A stretch of DNA of 63,621 bases, filler included, from Octopus bimaculoides (Eukaryota): NCBI RefSeq assembly GCF_001194135.2. It is 6 parts of 6 records of this genome, joined end to end, with 100 filler letters (N's around TTAATTAATTAA, not from the genome) between each part and the next. Parts side by side here need not be neighbours in the genome. Positions count along the whole stretch, not along the records: positions 24,335 to 32,698 come from NC_069003.1; positions 32,799 to 52,518 come from NC_068987.1; 4 more parts are not named here. One strand, written 5' to 3'. Position numbers and translations under genes: made by a program. Below are positions 25,055-37,759 of this stretch, piece by piece. Every line of letters begins with the position of its first letter. The stretch's first letter is position 1. A model generated the notes under the pieces. The model was not told the DNA's origin and did not search any database. It worked only from the letters and a program-made list of their open reading frames with translations.

Positions 25055-25104
25055 GGCAGTGAAGCTTCTACCATCATGATTTTCTTGACTACATCCACCT
25101 TTCC
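25055..25104 (-). CDS. Candidate exon 1 of the chain (GKVDVVKKIMMVEASLP)
   Basis: Acceptor GTTTGTTCTCTACAG, donor GCC|GTAAGC, 50 nt. Its phase-2 end joins in frame to 15361-15439. Confidence 0.3.
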
Positions 25105-25199
25105 CTGTAGAGAACAAACTTGTCTGCATCATTTGTTATGATCAGACACACTCACATTGGAATGAATAGTTAATTCACTGACACCAGACTCATGGTCCA

Positions 25200-25799
25200 G
25201 AGCAGGACATTGAAGCAGGATTCCGGGACACTGAAGCAGGATTCCAGGACACTGGTGTCAATGAATCAAATGTGCAACCATCAAGTTACAACCATCAAGT
25301 GAATTTGGTTGACAGAAACTGGAAAAAGCCCATTCTATATATGTATATATAAATGTGTGTGTGCGGGGGGTGTATTTGTACCCTTGTCTAGACATCACAT
25401 GATGGTTGTAAGTAAGCCTCCTCTTAAAATCAAGATAATGCTTGGCTACATACAGCAAGGATGACATTCCAAAGGCTGGAGCAGTTTGAATGGGAAACAA
25501 TGTCCCTTCCAACATATTCACCGGACATTGCTTCATCTGATTATCATTTATTCTGCAATCTTCAGAATCATTTGAACAGAAAGAATATGAACTCTGTAGA
25601 CGAGGTCAGAATAGTACTGGAGGAGTATTTTTCATCAGGGACAAGTGAATTTTGGAAGAGGGGCCTTGCAAGTCTACCAGACAGATGGAAAAGCATTACA
25701 GAAAATGAAGGAGAGATTAAAAAAGAATTTTGCTTATCTTAATTTTGAAAAATAAAAGAAGTATTAAAAAGAATACATTATTTATGGACTGACCCAATA
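25200..25799 (+). mobile_element. Mariner 3' half with right TIR, interrupted at 25296-25430
   Basis: HQDNAWLHTARMTFQRLEQFEWE...YSPDIASSDYHLF...LPDRWKSITENEGE; TIR TTATTTATGGACTGACCCAATA. Confidence 0.85.
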
Positions 25800-25961
25800 T
25801 GTTCAAACTGGCCAGATTTTGCCTTTCACACCTACCTAACAATGTCATTGTAAAAATAAACAATTACATCATTGAAATCTCAAAACTACAAGATAATGCA
25901 TGATTAATTCAAAACAATGCAACAAATATTACATTTGATAAAATAATCTGAACACTAAAGG
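25800..25961 (-). mobile_element. piggyBac-type MITE fragment, second family
   Basis: Ends CTGAACACTAAAGG-TTAA; reverse complement of 29128-29300. Confidence 0.65.
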
Positions 25962-26224
25962 TTAAATCCTTCAATGTAGTGCTCCAGCATGGCTGCAGTC
26001 CAATCGTTGAAACAAGTAAAAGATAAAAGACACCAGCACTCTCACACTGAAAACCTAATTGAGTTTGATGTCCTGTTGAAATTTCAGAGAAAACTTTTAT
26101 CAATTTCATCTTCCTTTTCCCAATAAAGACTACTTCCAAATTTCTTGGAATCTGGCTGTTTTATTTTCTTTCAGACAGTTAATAAGTGCTTAAAGGAAAT
26201 TGTAAAAACATAACAGTTAAAAGA

Positions 26225-26560
26225 TCTGGTATAAGCGATTCGGGCAAACAACTGCATGCGTGCACGCATCAGCCCGCAGCTTCCAACCTCATAGCTATCT
26301 GTCGTATATGCTGGTATGGACATGTCCTCTGTCTCCAGCTCTGGGCTGGAAGAGGCCTCGTGGCAAGCCCTAAACCAGATAGGCAGACATGGCTGGCAAA
26401 GATCTCCAGAGGCTTGACATCACTTTGAAGGAAGCAGAATGGCTGGCATGGGACCACCAGTGATGGAGAGCACTGATGGACCTGGCCGGCTTTACGCATG
26501 ACATCTCTGGGACCACTAGCCCCATCAAGCAAGAGCATGAAGCCAGCCGAGCCAAGTGAT
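26225..26560 (+). mobile_element. Non-LTR retrotransposon RT C-terminal fragment (RTE/L2-like)
   Basis: Frameshifted ICWYGHVLCL...GWKRPRGKP.TR.ADMAGKDLQRLDITLKEAEWLAWDHQ.WRAL. Confidence 0.7.
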
Positions 26561-26950
26561 TCAGACAGTATGAAATAGTAATCTATACATCATACTTAAT
26601 GTATGGACAACGTTGGTAGACCAGTTACTGCAGTTTTTGTGCTGAGAGATAATCACATGGTTAAGGATTTGCTGTGTTAAAAACATAATAAATATGAGAG
26701 GGAGAGAGGACAATTCAACCCAGAAGCAACTAGCAAGAGTACCAGATACATTTCAGCCTTTGTGGGGCCTTTTCAAAGGTATATACTTGCAACCAGCCAC
26801 ATTCACAAACAAGAATTCATTGTCTTTGATTAGCGAAAAAGTTAAGGACATTCACTTATGTTGCAAAAAGCTGTTGAGTTGATTAAAAAATCAGGTATAC
26901 ACAATTCGAGTAGTATTTAATTAAAACAGCAATCTAAGTATCATACTTAA

Positions 26951-27350
26951 CTTTTACTTGTTTCAGTCATTTGACTGCGGCCATGCTGGGGCACTGCCTT
27001 GAAAGGCTTTAGTTGAACAAATGGACACCGTTACTTATTTTTTTAAAGCCTGGTACTTATTCTATTGGTTTCTTTTGCCAAACCGTTAAGTTATGGGGAC
27101 ATAAACACACCAGCACCGGTTGTCAAGTGGTGGTGGGTGAAAAACACAGACACAAAGACACACACACACACACATATATATATACATATATACGATGGGT
27201 TTCTTTCAGTTTCTGTCTACCAAATCCACTCGCAAGACTTTGGTCAGCCCAAGGCTATAGTAACAGGCACTTGACCAAAATGCCAAGCAGTGGGACTGAA
27301 CTTTGAACCATGTGGTTGGGAAGTAAGCTTCATACCACACAGTCATGCCT
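26951..27350 (-). mobile_element. Family A SINE, full length
   Basis: Tail, body, microsatellite and head all present. Confidence 0.9.
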
Positions 27351-27418
27351 TTTCTTTATAAGAATCCTAATTTACAATACTTAAAATATACACATCCAAA
27401 GAAATTGTGGTTTATGGT

Positions 27419-27868
27419 GGAGGTGTAGCTGAGTGTGTGAGAAGCTTGCTTCCCATCAATATAGTCTCAGGTTCAATTCCATTATGTCAAACATCTTCTG
27501 AACAAAGTCTTGCAAGTGAATTTGGTTGACAGAAACCGAAAAAAGCCCATTCTATATATGTATATATAAATGTGTGTGTGTGTGGGGGGGTATTTGTACC
27601 CTTGTCTAGACATCACATGATGGTTGCAAGTAAGCCTCCTCCTAAAATAAGCGATGTTGTTTGTTTCCAGCCCTTCATTAAAACCCATGTTTAGCCATGG
27701 GGAAGATATTACCTTGCTTAGAAACAGGTGAAGGTTGACAACAGGAATGTCCAGTTTAATGTCCACCTTCCATGCATGCATGGGTGAGATTATCTAATTC
27801 CGTCTGACCCCCATGCAAGCATGGAAAAGTGGACATTACATGCTGCTGTTGCTGATGATGATGATGCA
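27419..27868 (+). mobile_element. Family A SINE with RTE-type tail
   Basis: tRNA-like head; tail GCATGGAAAAGTGGACATTA...GATGATGATG. Confidence 0.8.
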
Positions 27869-28076
27869 TAATTTCTGTCTTTATTCTACAGAAGTGCCAA
27901 GAACAGGGTTTACATTCCACTGACACTGTAACCCTTCACCTACAGACTTTCAACTTTGTGCTAACATAAATATATCATTATAAATGTTGGGAGCCTGTGA
28001 AGATAGCCGAGATACTAGAGCTTTATTTAGGTTCATAGTTCTATATTCTGGGTGATAAATCAGGAAAATTTTCCTT

Positions 28077-28144
<68 letters not shown>

Positions 28145-29127
28145 CTGTTCATTCAGTTACTTATATAGCTCTCATCCACCAACTACAAATTTCTGGCCTA
28201 TTGCCAAAGTGAGAGATCGTGTGTGTGTGTGTATGTGTGTGTGTGTATGTATATGTGTGTGTGTGTGTGTGTAATGATGTGCATGCATACATTAATGTAC
28301 ACATATACATACATAAATAATGTACATACAAACATACATTCATTTATTTATGCATACATACACATACATATTCAAACATACATAGTCATACAATATATGC
28401 ATAGATTTATAATACACTGATATACTCATTCGTACATATATCAATAAATACATATACATGCACACATACATACACGCACACATGCACACACACAGGTGCA
28501 TCATGCACTTGGTTGTGTGCATCAACAGTTCAAACACACCAACTCCACCACGTATTTAGAAACTCAGATCACTCTCTTAACACAAAAAGTCTTGTCGCTT
28601 TGTTAGTGACCAGCTTGAACTTTCTGACAAAGAACTTCAATAAACCTCAAAGTAAGACACGTATATTCATATACAGCATATACAGGAAGGGAGAGAGAGA
28701 GAGATGGAGAGAGACAGAGACATATGTATTAGTGTGTGTGTGTGTGTGTATGCTTGTGAGTGAAAAGTTGGATAATTCAGCTGCACACAAACTAGCCTAA
28801 TGACTGATACAAGCAAATGATAAATGATAAAAGATGGTAGATGGTCAAAACGCTTAACTTAGGGCCAATAGTACTGACCCTTTTCTCCTCCTGTGAATTA
28901 ACAAACTATGTAAAACATCATGAACCAAACCTGAACGACCCCTGAAACACTTGTGTTTCTTCTTTTATCCTTCAATGCTACCCCTGGTACTTAGGTACCT
29001 TTAGTAGAGTTCAATCTGTTTTGCAGGAGTACTGTTTACTACTACTACTGTTTACTAGTGTTTACTACTACTGTTTACTACTGTTCAGTGTTAACTGTAT
29101 TTAATTAAAACCAGAGGTTGTATCTAA

Positions 29128-29300
29128 CCCTTTAGCGTTCAGACTTCTCAATTTTGTTTTGAATTAATTCTGCATTATCTCATAGCTTTGAGATTTCTAT
29201 GATGTGGTTGTTTATGTTTGGAATGACATTGTAGGGTAGATGTGAGAGGCCTGATCTGGCCAGTTTGAACTTAAAAAAAGGTAGAATATTTGGGCTGGAT
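29128..29300 (+). mobile_element. piggyBac-type MITE fragment, second family
   Basis: CTAA-CCCTTTAGCGTTCAG start; homologous to 25800-25961. Confidence 0.65.
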
Positions 29301-30090
29301 ATCTTTTCATGCTGGGACACCACCTTGAAGGGTTCAGTCAAACAAATTGAACCCAGTACTAAAATTTTTTAAAGCTTGGTACATATTCTATCAGTTTCTT
29401 TTGCCGAACAGCTAAGTTACAGGAACATAGACAAGCCAACACTGGTTGTCAAGCAGTGGTGGAAGACAAACACACACAGAGGCATCATCATCATCGTCAG
29501 CAGCATCATTTACTGTCCATACAGGTTGGATGGGTTGGCAGGAACTGGTAAAGCAAGGGACCATACCAGGTTCCATAATCTGTTTTGGCTTGGTTTCTAC
29601 AGCTGGATGCCCTTCCTAATGCCAACCACTTTACAGTGTATACTGAGTGCTCTTCATGTGACACCATACAACAGGCTTCTTTCAAATATACTCTACCAAA
29701 TATACTCATAAAATTTTGGTCAGCCTGAGGCTATAGTAGAAAACACTTGCTCAAGGTGTCATGCAATGAGAACCCAGAATCATTTATTATTTACTTGTTT
29801 CAGTCATTAGGCTGTGGCAATGCTGGGGCACAGCTTTGAAGAATTTTAGTCAATTGAAGCGACCCCAGTTCGTATTTCTTTATAAACTTGGTACTTCTTT
29901 TTATGGTCTCTTTTGCTGAATTGCTAGGTGATAGGGACATAAATTACATCAAAAATGGTTGTCAAGCAGTGGTGAAGGACAAACACACACACCACACAGA
30001 GTTGCAATTGTCTTCTACTGTAGCCTTGGCCTCATGAGAGGATTTGGTAGACAGAAACTCTGAAAGCAGTCCACCATATATACATATACA
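29300..30090 (-). mobile_element. Cluster of fragmented family A SINEs with an RTE 3' end (29480-29660)
   Basis: Several overlapping SINE body and tail fragments, plus CTACAGCTGGATGCCCTTCCTAATGCCAACC. Confidence 0.7.
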
Positions 30091-30093
30091 TAC

Positions 30094-30490
30094 AGTTGCA
30101 AGAATAGCTGAGTGGTAAGAAGCTTGCTTCCCAGCCACATGGTTCTGGGTTCAGTCGCATTGCATGGCACCTCGGGCCGACCAAAGCCTTGTGAGTAGAT
30201 TTGGTAGACAGAAACTGAAAGCAGCCTGTTGTATGTATGTATACATGTATGTATGCATATATGTATGCATGTATGTTATGTGTGGCTGTTTGTCCCCCCC
30301 CAACACCACCATTGCTTAACAATCGATGTTGGTGTGTTTATGTCCCCATAATTTAGTGGTTCAGCAAAAGAAAACAATAGAATAAGTACTAGGCTTACAA
30401 AGAATAAGTCCTGGGATTGATTTGTTCAACTAAAGGTGGTACTCCAGCATGGCCACAGTCAAATGACTGAAACAAGTAAAAGAATAAAAG
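30094..30490 (+). mobile_element. Family A SINE, full length
   Basis: Head through GACTGAAACAAGTAAAAGAATAAAAG tail. Confidence 0.9.
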
Positions 30491-30501
30491 AAAGTATATA
30501 C

Positions 30502-30692
30502 ATATTATCCGAAGTGTACAGTATTATATATATCCATCACAGCTGATCTTGCCAATTAGTTTCATGCAAGGGGTAGAACAGAGTGTTAGGTAACAATCTG
30601 ATTATATAACCCTACGCTCATCAGAGGTAGCTGATATGGAATGAAATATGGCGATATAATGGATATATAATGCTGTACACTTCGGATAATAT
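30502..30692. mobile_element. MITE with ~35-bp TIRs
   Basis: ATATTATCCGAAGTGTACAGTATTATATATATCCAT versus ATGGATATATAATGCTGTACACTTCGGATAATAT. Confidence 0.85.
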
Positions 30693-31040
30693 ACACACTC
30701 TACTGACAGATATATCAGTGCATTTTTTTCCTGACTTATGGACTTTTAGACAATTTACACATGCATATATATATTTGTGTGTATATCTTTGTGTCTGTGT
30801 TTGTATCTCTCACCACTGCTTGACAACCAGTGTTGGTGTGTTTACATCCTCATAACCCAATAGTTCGGCAAAAGAGACCGACAGAAGTGCCAGGCTTAAA
30901 AATAAAAAGAAGCAAACTTCGTACCACACAGCCACACTGATTAAAAACTAAAGGTTAAACTTCTTTTCACACAGCCAAGCTGATTTAAATACTAAAGTGT
31001 TCATATAATTGTGGAGGGGGGGTCTTGCCTAAGGAATGGT

Positions 31041-31434
31041 TACTCTTTTACTTGTTTCAGTCTTTTGACTGTGGCCATGCTGGAGCACCGCCTTTTAGTC
31101 GAGCAAATCGACCCCAGGACTTATTCTTTGTAAGCCTAGTACTTATTCTATCGGTCTCTTTTTGCCGAACCGCTAAGTTATGGGGAGGTAAACACACCAG
31201 CCTCGGTTGTCAAGCGAAGTTGGGGGGACAAACACAGACACACAAACATATACACACATACATATACATATACATATATACAACGGGCTTCTTTCAGTTT
31301 CCGTCTACCAAATCCACTCACAAGGCTTTGGTCGGCCCGAGACTATAGTAGAAGACACTTGCCCAAGGTGCCACGCAGTGGGACTGAACCCAGAACCATG
31401 TGGTTGGTAAGCAAGCTACTTACCACACAGCCAC
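31041..31434 (-). mobile_element. Family A SINE, apparently young copy
   Basis: CpG-retaining copy that is nearly identical to 51175-51587. Confidence 0.92.
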
Positions 31435-32204
31435 AGAATACTGAAATTTTTTACATCCAACACATGTATACTGTTATTTGGTTCTGTTTATGGTAAAAGT
31501 TGGCTTTAATCTGGCTTCATATTTTTATGGTCAATGAAACCGTGTATGTTACAGCTATTTATGATGAGTTCCTTAGGCCTTCCTGGGCTGATTGAGAGAA
31601 ATAGTGCTTTTAGGACCCATTCCTACCTACATTTTACAGATAGCCCTGACTGCTCTAGTTTTAATAAAACTAAACCCCTTTGGATAGTGGCCAAGGAAAT
31701 TAGTTGATACAATCAGAGCAAAGATATCGGCAATGTTGAATTTGGTGAAGAGAGATTAGAAGATAGAGAAGGCGATAACCTGGAATGACTAAAAGATACT
31801 CAAGATTGTGTGTGTGTGTGTGTGTGTATGTGTGTGTAAAATGTAACATACTATTTTGAAAATGGTAAATAACATTTACTTTTATCACTTCATTAATGGA
31901 CCTCTTATCTTGCGAAGCCCTAGAAATTTTTTCATGGCACCTAGGATCTCCTTGGAGTTTACTTCAGTTCTAAGATATTATATACATGTCTGAGTATTTG
32001 GGTAGATTTTCATGTAATGGCAAGGACTGTAGAGGTTCACAGCTTGTTGTAGCATAAAACTGTGTCCTTCACATGTCCAGTTTTGACATGGAATCCTTCA
32101 TTCTCAATATTTTCTTTTGTTGTACGACTAAACTTTTAACCGCTTATGAAGTACAGCAGATGTATTTTATAGCTTATCAACTTATTTTGTGGAAAGATTA
32201 GAGG

Positions 32205-32590
32205 CCCAAGCATGGCTGTCTGGTAAGTTTACTTCCCAGTCACATGATTTGGGGTTTAATCCCACTAGGTGGCACCTTGAGCAATGTCTTTTGATATAGC
32301 TTTGGGCTGATCAAAATCTGTGAGTAGATTTGGTAGATGAAAACTTTAATAAGCTCATCCTATGTAGATGTAGAAGGAACCTGTGGAAGAGGAAGACATG
32401 GGACAAGGTGGTGAAGTATAATCTTCAGAAGTTGAGTCTCACAGAGGTGATGACAAGTGATTGAGACCTTTGGCAATTTGCTATGCTTGAGAAGACATGT
32501 CAAGCCAAGTGAAACTGTAGTCATGGCCAGTGCTGGTGACATGTAAAAGGTACCTGTGCTAGCGACATGTAAAAGGCACCTGGATGCTAA
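32205..32590 (+). mobile_element. SINE A head followed by RTE ORF end and 3' UTR
   Basis: VEGTCGRGR.TWDKVVKYNLQKLSLTEVMTSD is a typical RTE C-terminus. Confidence 0.65.
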
Positions 32591-32651
32591 ATGATGTTAT
32601 AATAAAAAGAAATTTACATTAAATTGAAGCATCACTCAATATATTTGGTAG

Positions 32652-32698
<47 letters not shown>

Positions 32699-32798
32699 NN
32701 NNNNNNNNNNNNNNNNNNNNNNNNNNNNNNNNNNNNNNNNNNTTAATTAATTAANNNNNNNNNNNNNNNNNNNNNNNNNNNNNNNNNNNNNNNNNNNN

Positions 32799-32948
32799 AT
32801 GGGACAGACTTTATTGTTACTGGTGTTTTCCCTATCTTCCTGTCGAAATTTTTGGGGTTATTTTTGAACATGTTATTATTTCGGAAGAATCTAACACGCT
32901 TTTCATACTTTGCTATGCGGGCAGCTTTAGCACATACCTTTTGCTTGA
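32799..32948 (-). mobile_element. R4/Dong fragment starting at (TAA)n
   Basis: Minus strand KQKVCAKAARIAKYEKRVRFFRNNNMFKNNPKNFDRKIGK. The 5' end abuts (TTA)n at 32949-33015 and the 3' end is lost in a gap. Confidence 0.65.
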
Positions 32949-33017
<69 letters not shown>

Positions 33018-33079
33018 TCCGCCTTAGCGTGTTTCCAAAGTTTTATTTTCGTTTCTCTTTCTGGTCTGCATTTTGGATT

Positions 33080-33638
33080 TTTTTATATATATTTCTATTC
33101 ATGGATGTGATGTTACATATTCTTGAGTTGCTGATTTTAAATATCTAAACCATTTTGCTCTGTAACATAAGGATGTTGAATAAAATACAAATTAATAATA
33201 ATAAAAAATATGAATTTTTAATAGATTGTTACTTTATTAAAAGCAAGTAATTAAGGAAAAGCACATTCTGTTAATTTTAAGAGCATGTGCTTTCCAAATC
33301 AACATGAAATGAACCACGTTCATTATGAAATGAATCAGAATTATCATCATAAAACCAAATGAATATAAAAAATATGCTCCTAATGGTTAGCCTACATATT
33401 GATTCAAAGGAAGGAAGAACCTTTTGATTTCCGCTAGTGTTGTGCATCGGGACTACCACATTTCAATGACCAGTAGTAATCCGCCATCATGGTGACATTC
33501 CATTTGCCCTAGTATCGAGTTTCCATGGAACAAATGTCTTGATGGAACCGCTCTCCTTGTTCCTCACTGTAGCCCCCACAATTCTTGAGAAAATAGTCAA
33601 GATGCGAGTGCAAAAAAATGTATCTTCACACTCATTCT
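33080..33638 (-). mobile_element. Chapaev3-like (CMC) transposase C-terminus and right subterminal region
   Basis: SVKIHFF...NCGGYSEEQGERFHQDICSMETRY*GKWNVTMMADYYWSL matches the S[DE]E[HQ]GERFHQDI motif. The superfamily assignment is from memory. Confidence 0.6.
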
Positions 33639-33639
33639 A

Positions 33640-34450
<811 letters not shown>

Positions 34451-34499
34451 ACCTTAACATTATGGATGATTGTCGCTTTATTTGTGAAGCACATGTCTA

Positions 34500-35290
34500 G
34501 GACTTATTATATCCCTTGTTGGGTGGAGCACTATTTGTTCCATAAAGAGCATGTTTGCAAGTTCGAGCAGAGACTCTTCTTGCCTCTTTTCATACAGTGA
34601 CATAACTGAGAGAAGGTAGGCCTCAAGCCATTAGACATCAGGGAAGTTGCAATCTCCTAGAAGAAAAAGGCTGTCATCAAGGCTGGTTAATACTTCTTAC
34701 ATTTTTTTAGGCTCCCTTTGAACAAGTCCCCATGAATTTGATCACCTGGCGGGCGATATGCAGTACATATTACCACTTTGGTCTGTTTTATGTGTATATC
34801 CAGAGTAACACAAACTGAGTTTAGGAGTGACAGCACCACTACAGATGTACATTGTCGCTCCACCATGAGTTCTTACATTCCTGTTCGGAATACAGCATAC
34901 TTAGGTATGTGTATCTCAGCATCTGATATATCAGCGTTCAGATATGTTTCTGTTAGTGCTATGCATATTGCTTGACTACATGTAACTAAATCTTTCGAGT
35001 ATAGGGTTTTACGTTGGTGGGACGTTACAAGGCCCTTGACATTCAGCAAGAATACTGCTGTGACATATAGGGTGTTGGGTGGCCACTGGTCTGGCATTTT
35101 CAGAGGTGTCAGAGATGGCCACCATGGATCTTTTGTTGATTACGTTGGTCTTGTGTACTGCGACATGTTTCTCAGACTCAATGTCTCATGAAGCCAGGTT
35201 AGCTGCCTTACGATCATCGGCGCCATTTCCAAAAAAGGCCGTTGTTCAGCAGCTGCTGTCCGCACTGCGTCTACATATTGTTCCTTTTTA
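34500..35290 (-). mobile_element. CR1/Jockey-group LINE: ORF1 end and AP-endonuclease start
   Basis: FLLNVKGL...ICIALTETYLNADISDAEIHIPKYAVFRT, followed by ICTAYRPP; these are APE motifs. Confidence 0.75.
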
Positions 35291-35304
35291 GAAGCAGTGT
35301 GTGC

Positions 35305-35600
35305 ATGTGAAGACGCATGGCACAGTGGTTAGAGCGTCGAGCTCACAATCATGAATTAGTGAGTTCGATTTCCGGACCAGGCTGTGTGTTGTGTCCTTGA
35401 GCAAGTCATTTTATTTCACGTTGTTCCAGTTCACTCCGCTGTAGAAATGAGTTGCGACGTCACTGGTGCCAAACTGCATCGGCATTTGCCTTTCCTTTGG
35501 ATAACATTGGTGGTGGGGAGAGCGAAGGCTGGTATGCATTGGTGACTACTTGTCTTCCATAGACAACCTTGCCCCGACCTGTTCCACGAAGGGGTTCTTT
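35305..35600 (+). mobile_element. Family D (CORE-like) tRNA SINE
   Basis: A-box TGGCACAGTGG, B-box GAGTTCGATTT, TGTGTCCTTGAGCAAG core. Confidence 0.75.
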
Positions 35601-35659
35601 ACTCCTGCACCATCCAAATATTTGCAAGTTTTTTGTTTGTTTTTTTGTTTTTTTTTTTA

Positions 35660-35823
35660 CCCTGAAAGGATGAAAGGCAAAGTCGACCTCAGCGTAATTT
35701 GAGCTCAAAGCATTAGGACGGGCAAAATGCCGCTAAGAATTTTGTCTAGCATGCTAACGATTCTGTCAGTCCACCGTCTTAATAATAATGATAATAATAA
35801 TAATAATAATAGTAAAGATGATG

Positions 35824-35876
<53 letters not shown>

Positions 35877-36060
35877 GATGATGATAATGATGATGATTTC
35901 AAATTTTGGCACAAGGCCAACAATTTCGGGGGTGGGGCAAGTCGATTACATCGACCCCAGTTCTTGACTGGTACTTCTTTTATCGACTCCGAAAGGATGG
36001 AAAGGAAAGTCATCCTCGGCAGAATTTTAACTCAAAGCGTAAAGACGGGCGAGATTCCAG
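35660..36060 (-). mobile_element. Two family B SINEs separated by (AAT)n/(GAT)n
   Basis: Repeated GGATGAAAGGCAAAGTCGACCTC module at ~35668 and ~35995. Confidence 0.75.
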
Positions 36061-37759
36061 TAAGAATGCAGTAGGAGTGGCTGCTTTCAATATCAACTTG
36101 ATCTCCTGACCAAGGGCCCAGATCAGCTTACATCACGGCAAGAAACTCAAAAGAGTTTCTCCATCACTCCCTTTATCACCAAAAGACAATCATGTAAGGA
36201 TGGTCATTGAAAACGTAATTATACTAGAAGTGCCCCAGCATGACCGCAGCATTTGGGCTGAAACACATAAAAAATATTATATACATACTTTTATCTATTT
36301 GCTTTGCAAAAGTCTTGATGTGAAATTGTGTCTTCAAAGAGATATTGTTATACTTGGGGACGGTCATATTTTGTCAGTTGAGCACTCGCAGTAAATGTTT
36401 GGACTTCACTTAACTTTATTATTATTTTAGTTTTCTCGTTAAAGTGTTTTCGTCACATTCTGTGACCACTTCAGCAATTCTCTATCCCACGTGTCTCCTC
36501 TTGTTCTGCTTATTCCATTTTAAATATATATATATATTCATATCATTTAAAATCTGTGGACAATGAATTTTAGTACTATGATATGTGTTCGGTAAAGAGA
36601 CCTCATAAATGCAATTTTTATGCTCGACTCATATTTCAAAGATAAAAATTAATAAAATGAATAAGGGGAGAGAAGATAAATCTGAGTAATATCAAATATC
36701 AAATTAACTCGGCGTTTTATCACGAGGAAATTTGTAGATAGATAAATAAATAGATAGATAGTTAGATAGATAGATAGATAGATAGATAGATGGATAGATA
36801 GATAGATGGATAGATAGATAGATGCATATACATATATATATGCGTATATATATATATGTATNNNNNNNNNNNNNNNNNNNNNNNNNNNNNNNNNNNNNNN
36901 NNNNNNNNNNNNNNNNNNNNNNNNNNNNNNNNNNNNNNNNNNNNNNNNNNNNNNNNNNNNNNNNNNNNNNNNNNNNNNNNNNNNNNNNNNNNNNNNNNNN
37001 NNNNNNNNNNNNNNNNNNNNNNNNNNNNNNNNNNNNNNNNNNNNNNNNNNNNNNNNNNNNNNNNNNNNNNNNNNNNNNNNNNNNNNNNNNNNNNNNNNNN
37101 NNNNNNNNNNNNNNNNNNNNNNNNNNNNNNNNNNNNNNNNNNNNNNNNNNNNNNNNNNNNNNNNNNNNNNNNNNNNNNNNNNNNNNNNNNNNNNNNNNNN
37201 NNNNNNNNNNNNNNNNNNNNNNNNNNNNNNNNNNNNNNNNNNNNNNNNNNNNNNNNNNNNNNNNNNNNNNNNNNNNNNNNNNNNNNNNNNNNNNNNNNNN
37301 NNNNNNNNNNNNNNNNNNNNNNNNNNNNNNNNNNNNNNNNNNNNNNNNNNNNNNNNNNNNNNNNNNNNNNNNNNNNNNNNNNNNNNNNNNNNNNNNNNNN
37401 NNNNNNNNNNNNNNNNNNNNNNNNNNNNNNNNNNNNNNNNNNNNNNNNNNNNNNNNNNNNNNNNNNNNNNNNNNNNNNNNNNNNNNNNNNNNNNNNNNNN
37501 NNNNTAGAATAATACAATTTCATATAAAGATAAATATCTGCAAGTAAAAAGGAGCACATTAGTCAATAGTAAATATATGTTTGATTGTTGTTGTTTGTTC
37601 CTTCTCCAGTCATACCTGGCTCATAAGGGCCGGTTTCTCGGTTTCATGGGCGTATAGGTTTCCCACTTGAATGGACGCCGATGCGTCGCAAGTGAGCTGC
37701 TAGATGCAACGCATACCGTTTTGGGGGTCATTGCTGCATTTTTGCTAACTCTGTATAAC

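Noticed and set aside
25205-25254. Short spaced direct repeats (also 23530-23575, 45417-45456, 61726-61757), superficially CRISPR-like
   Set aside because: These are simple tandem duplications of 13-21 bp with no unique spacers and no cas genes, in eukaryotic DNA.
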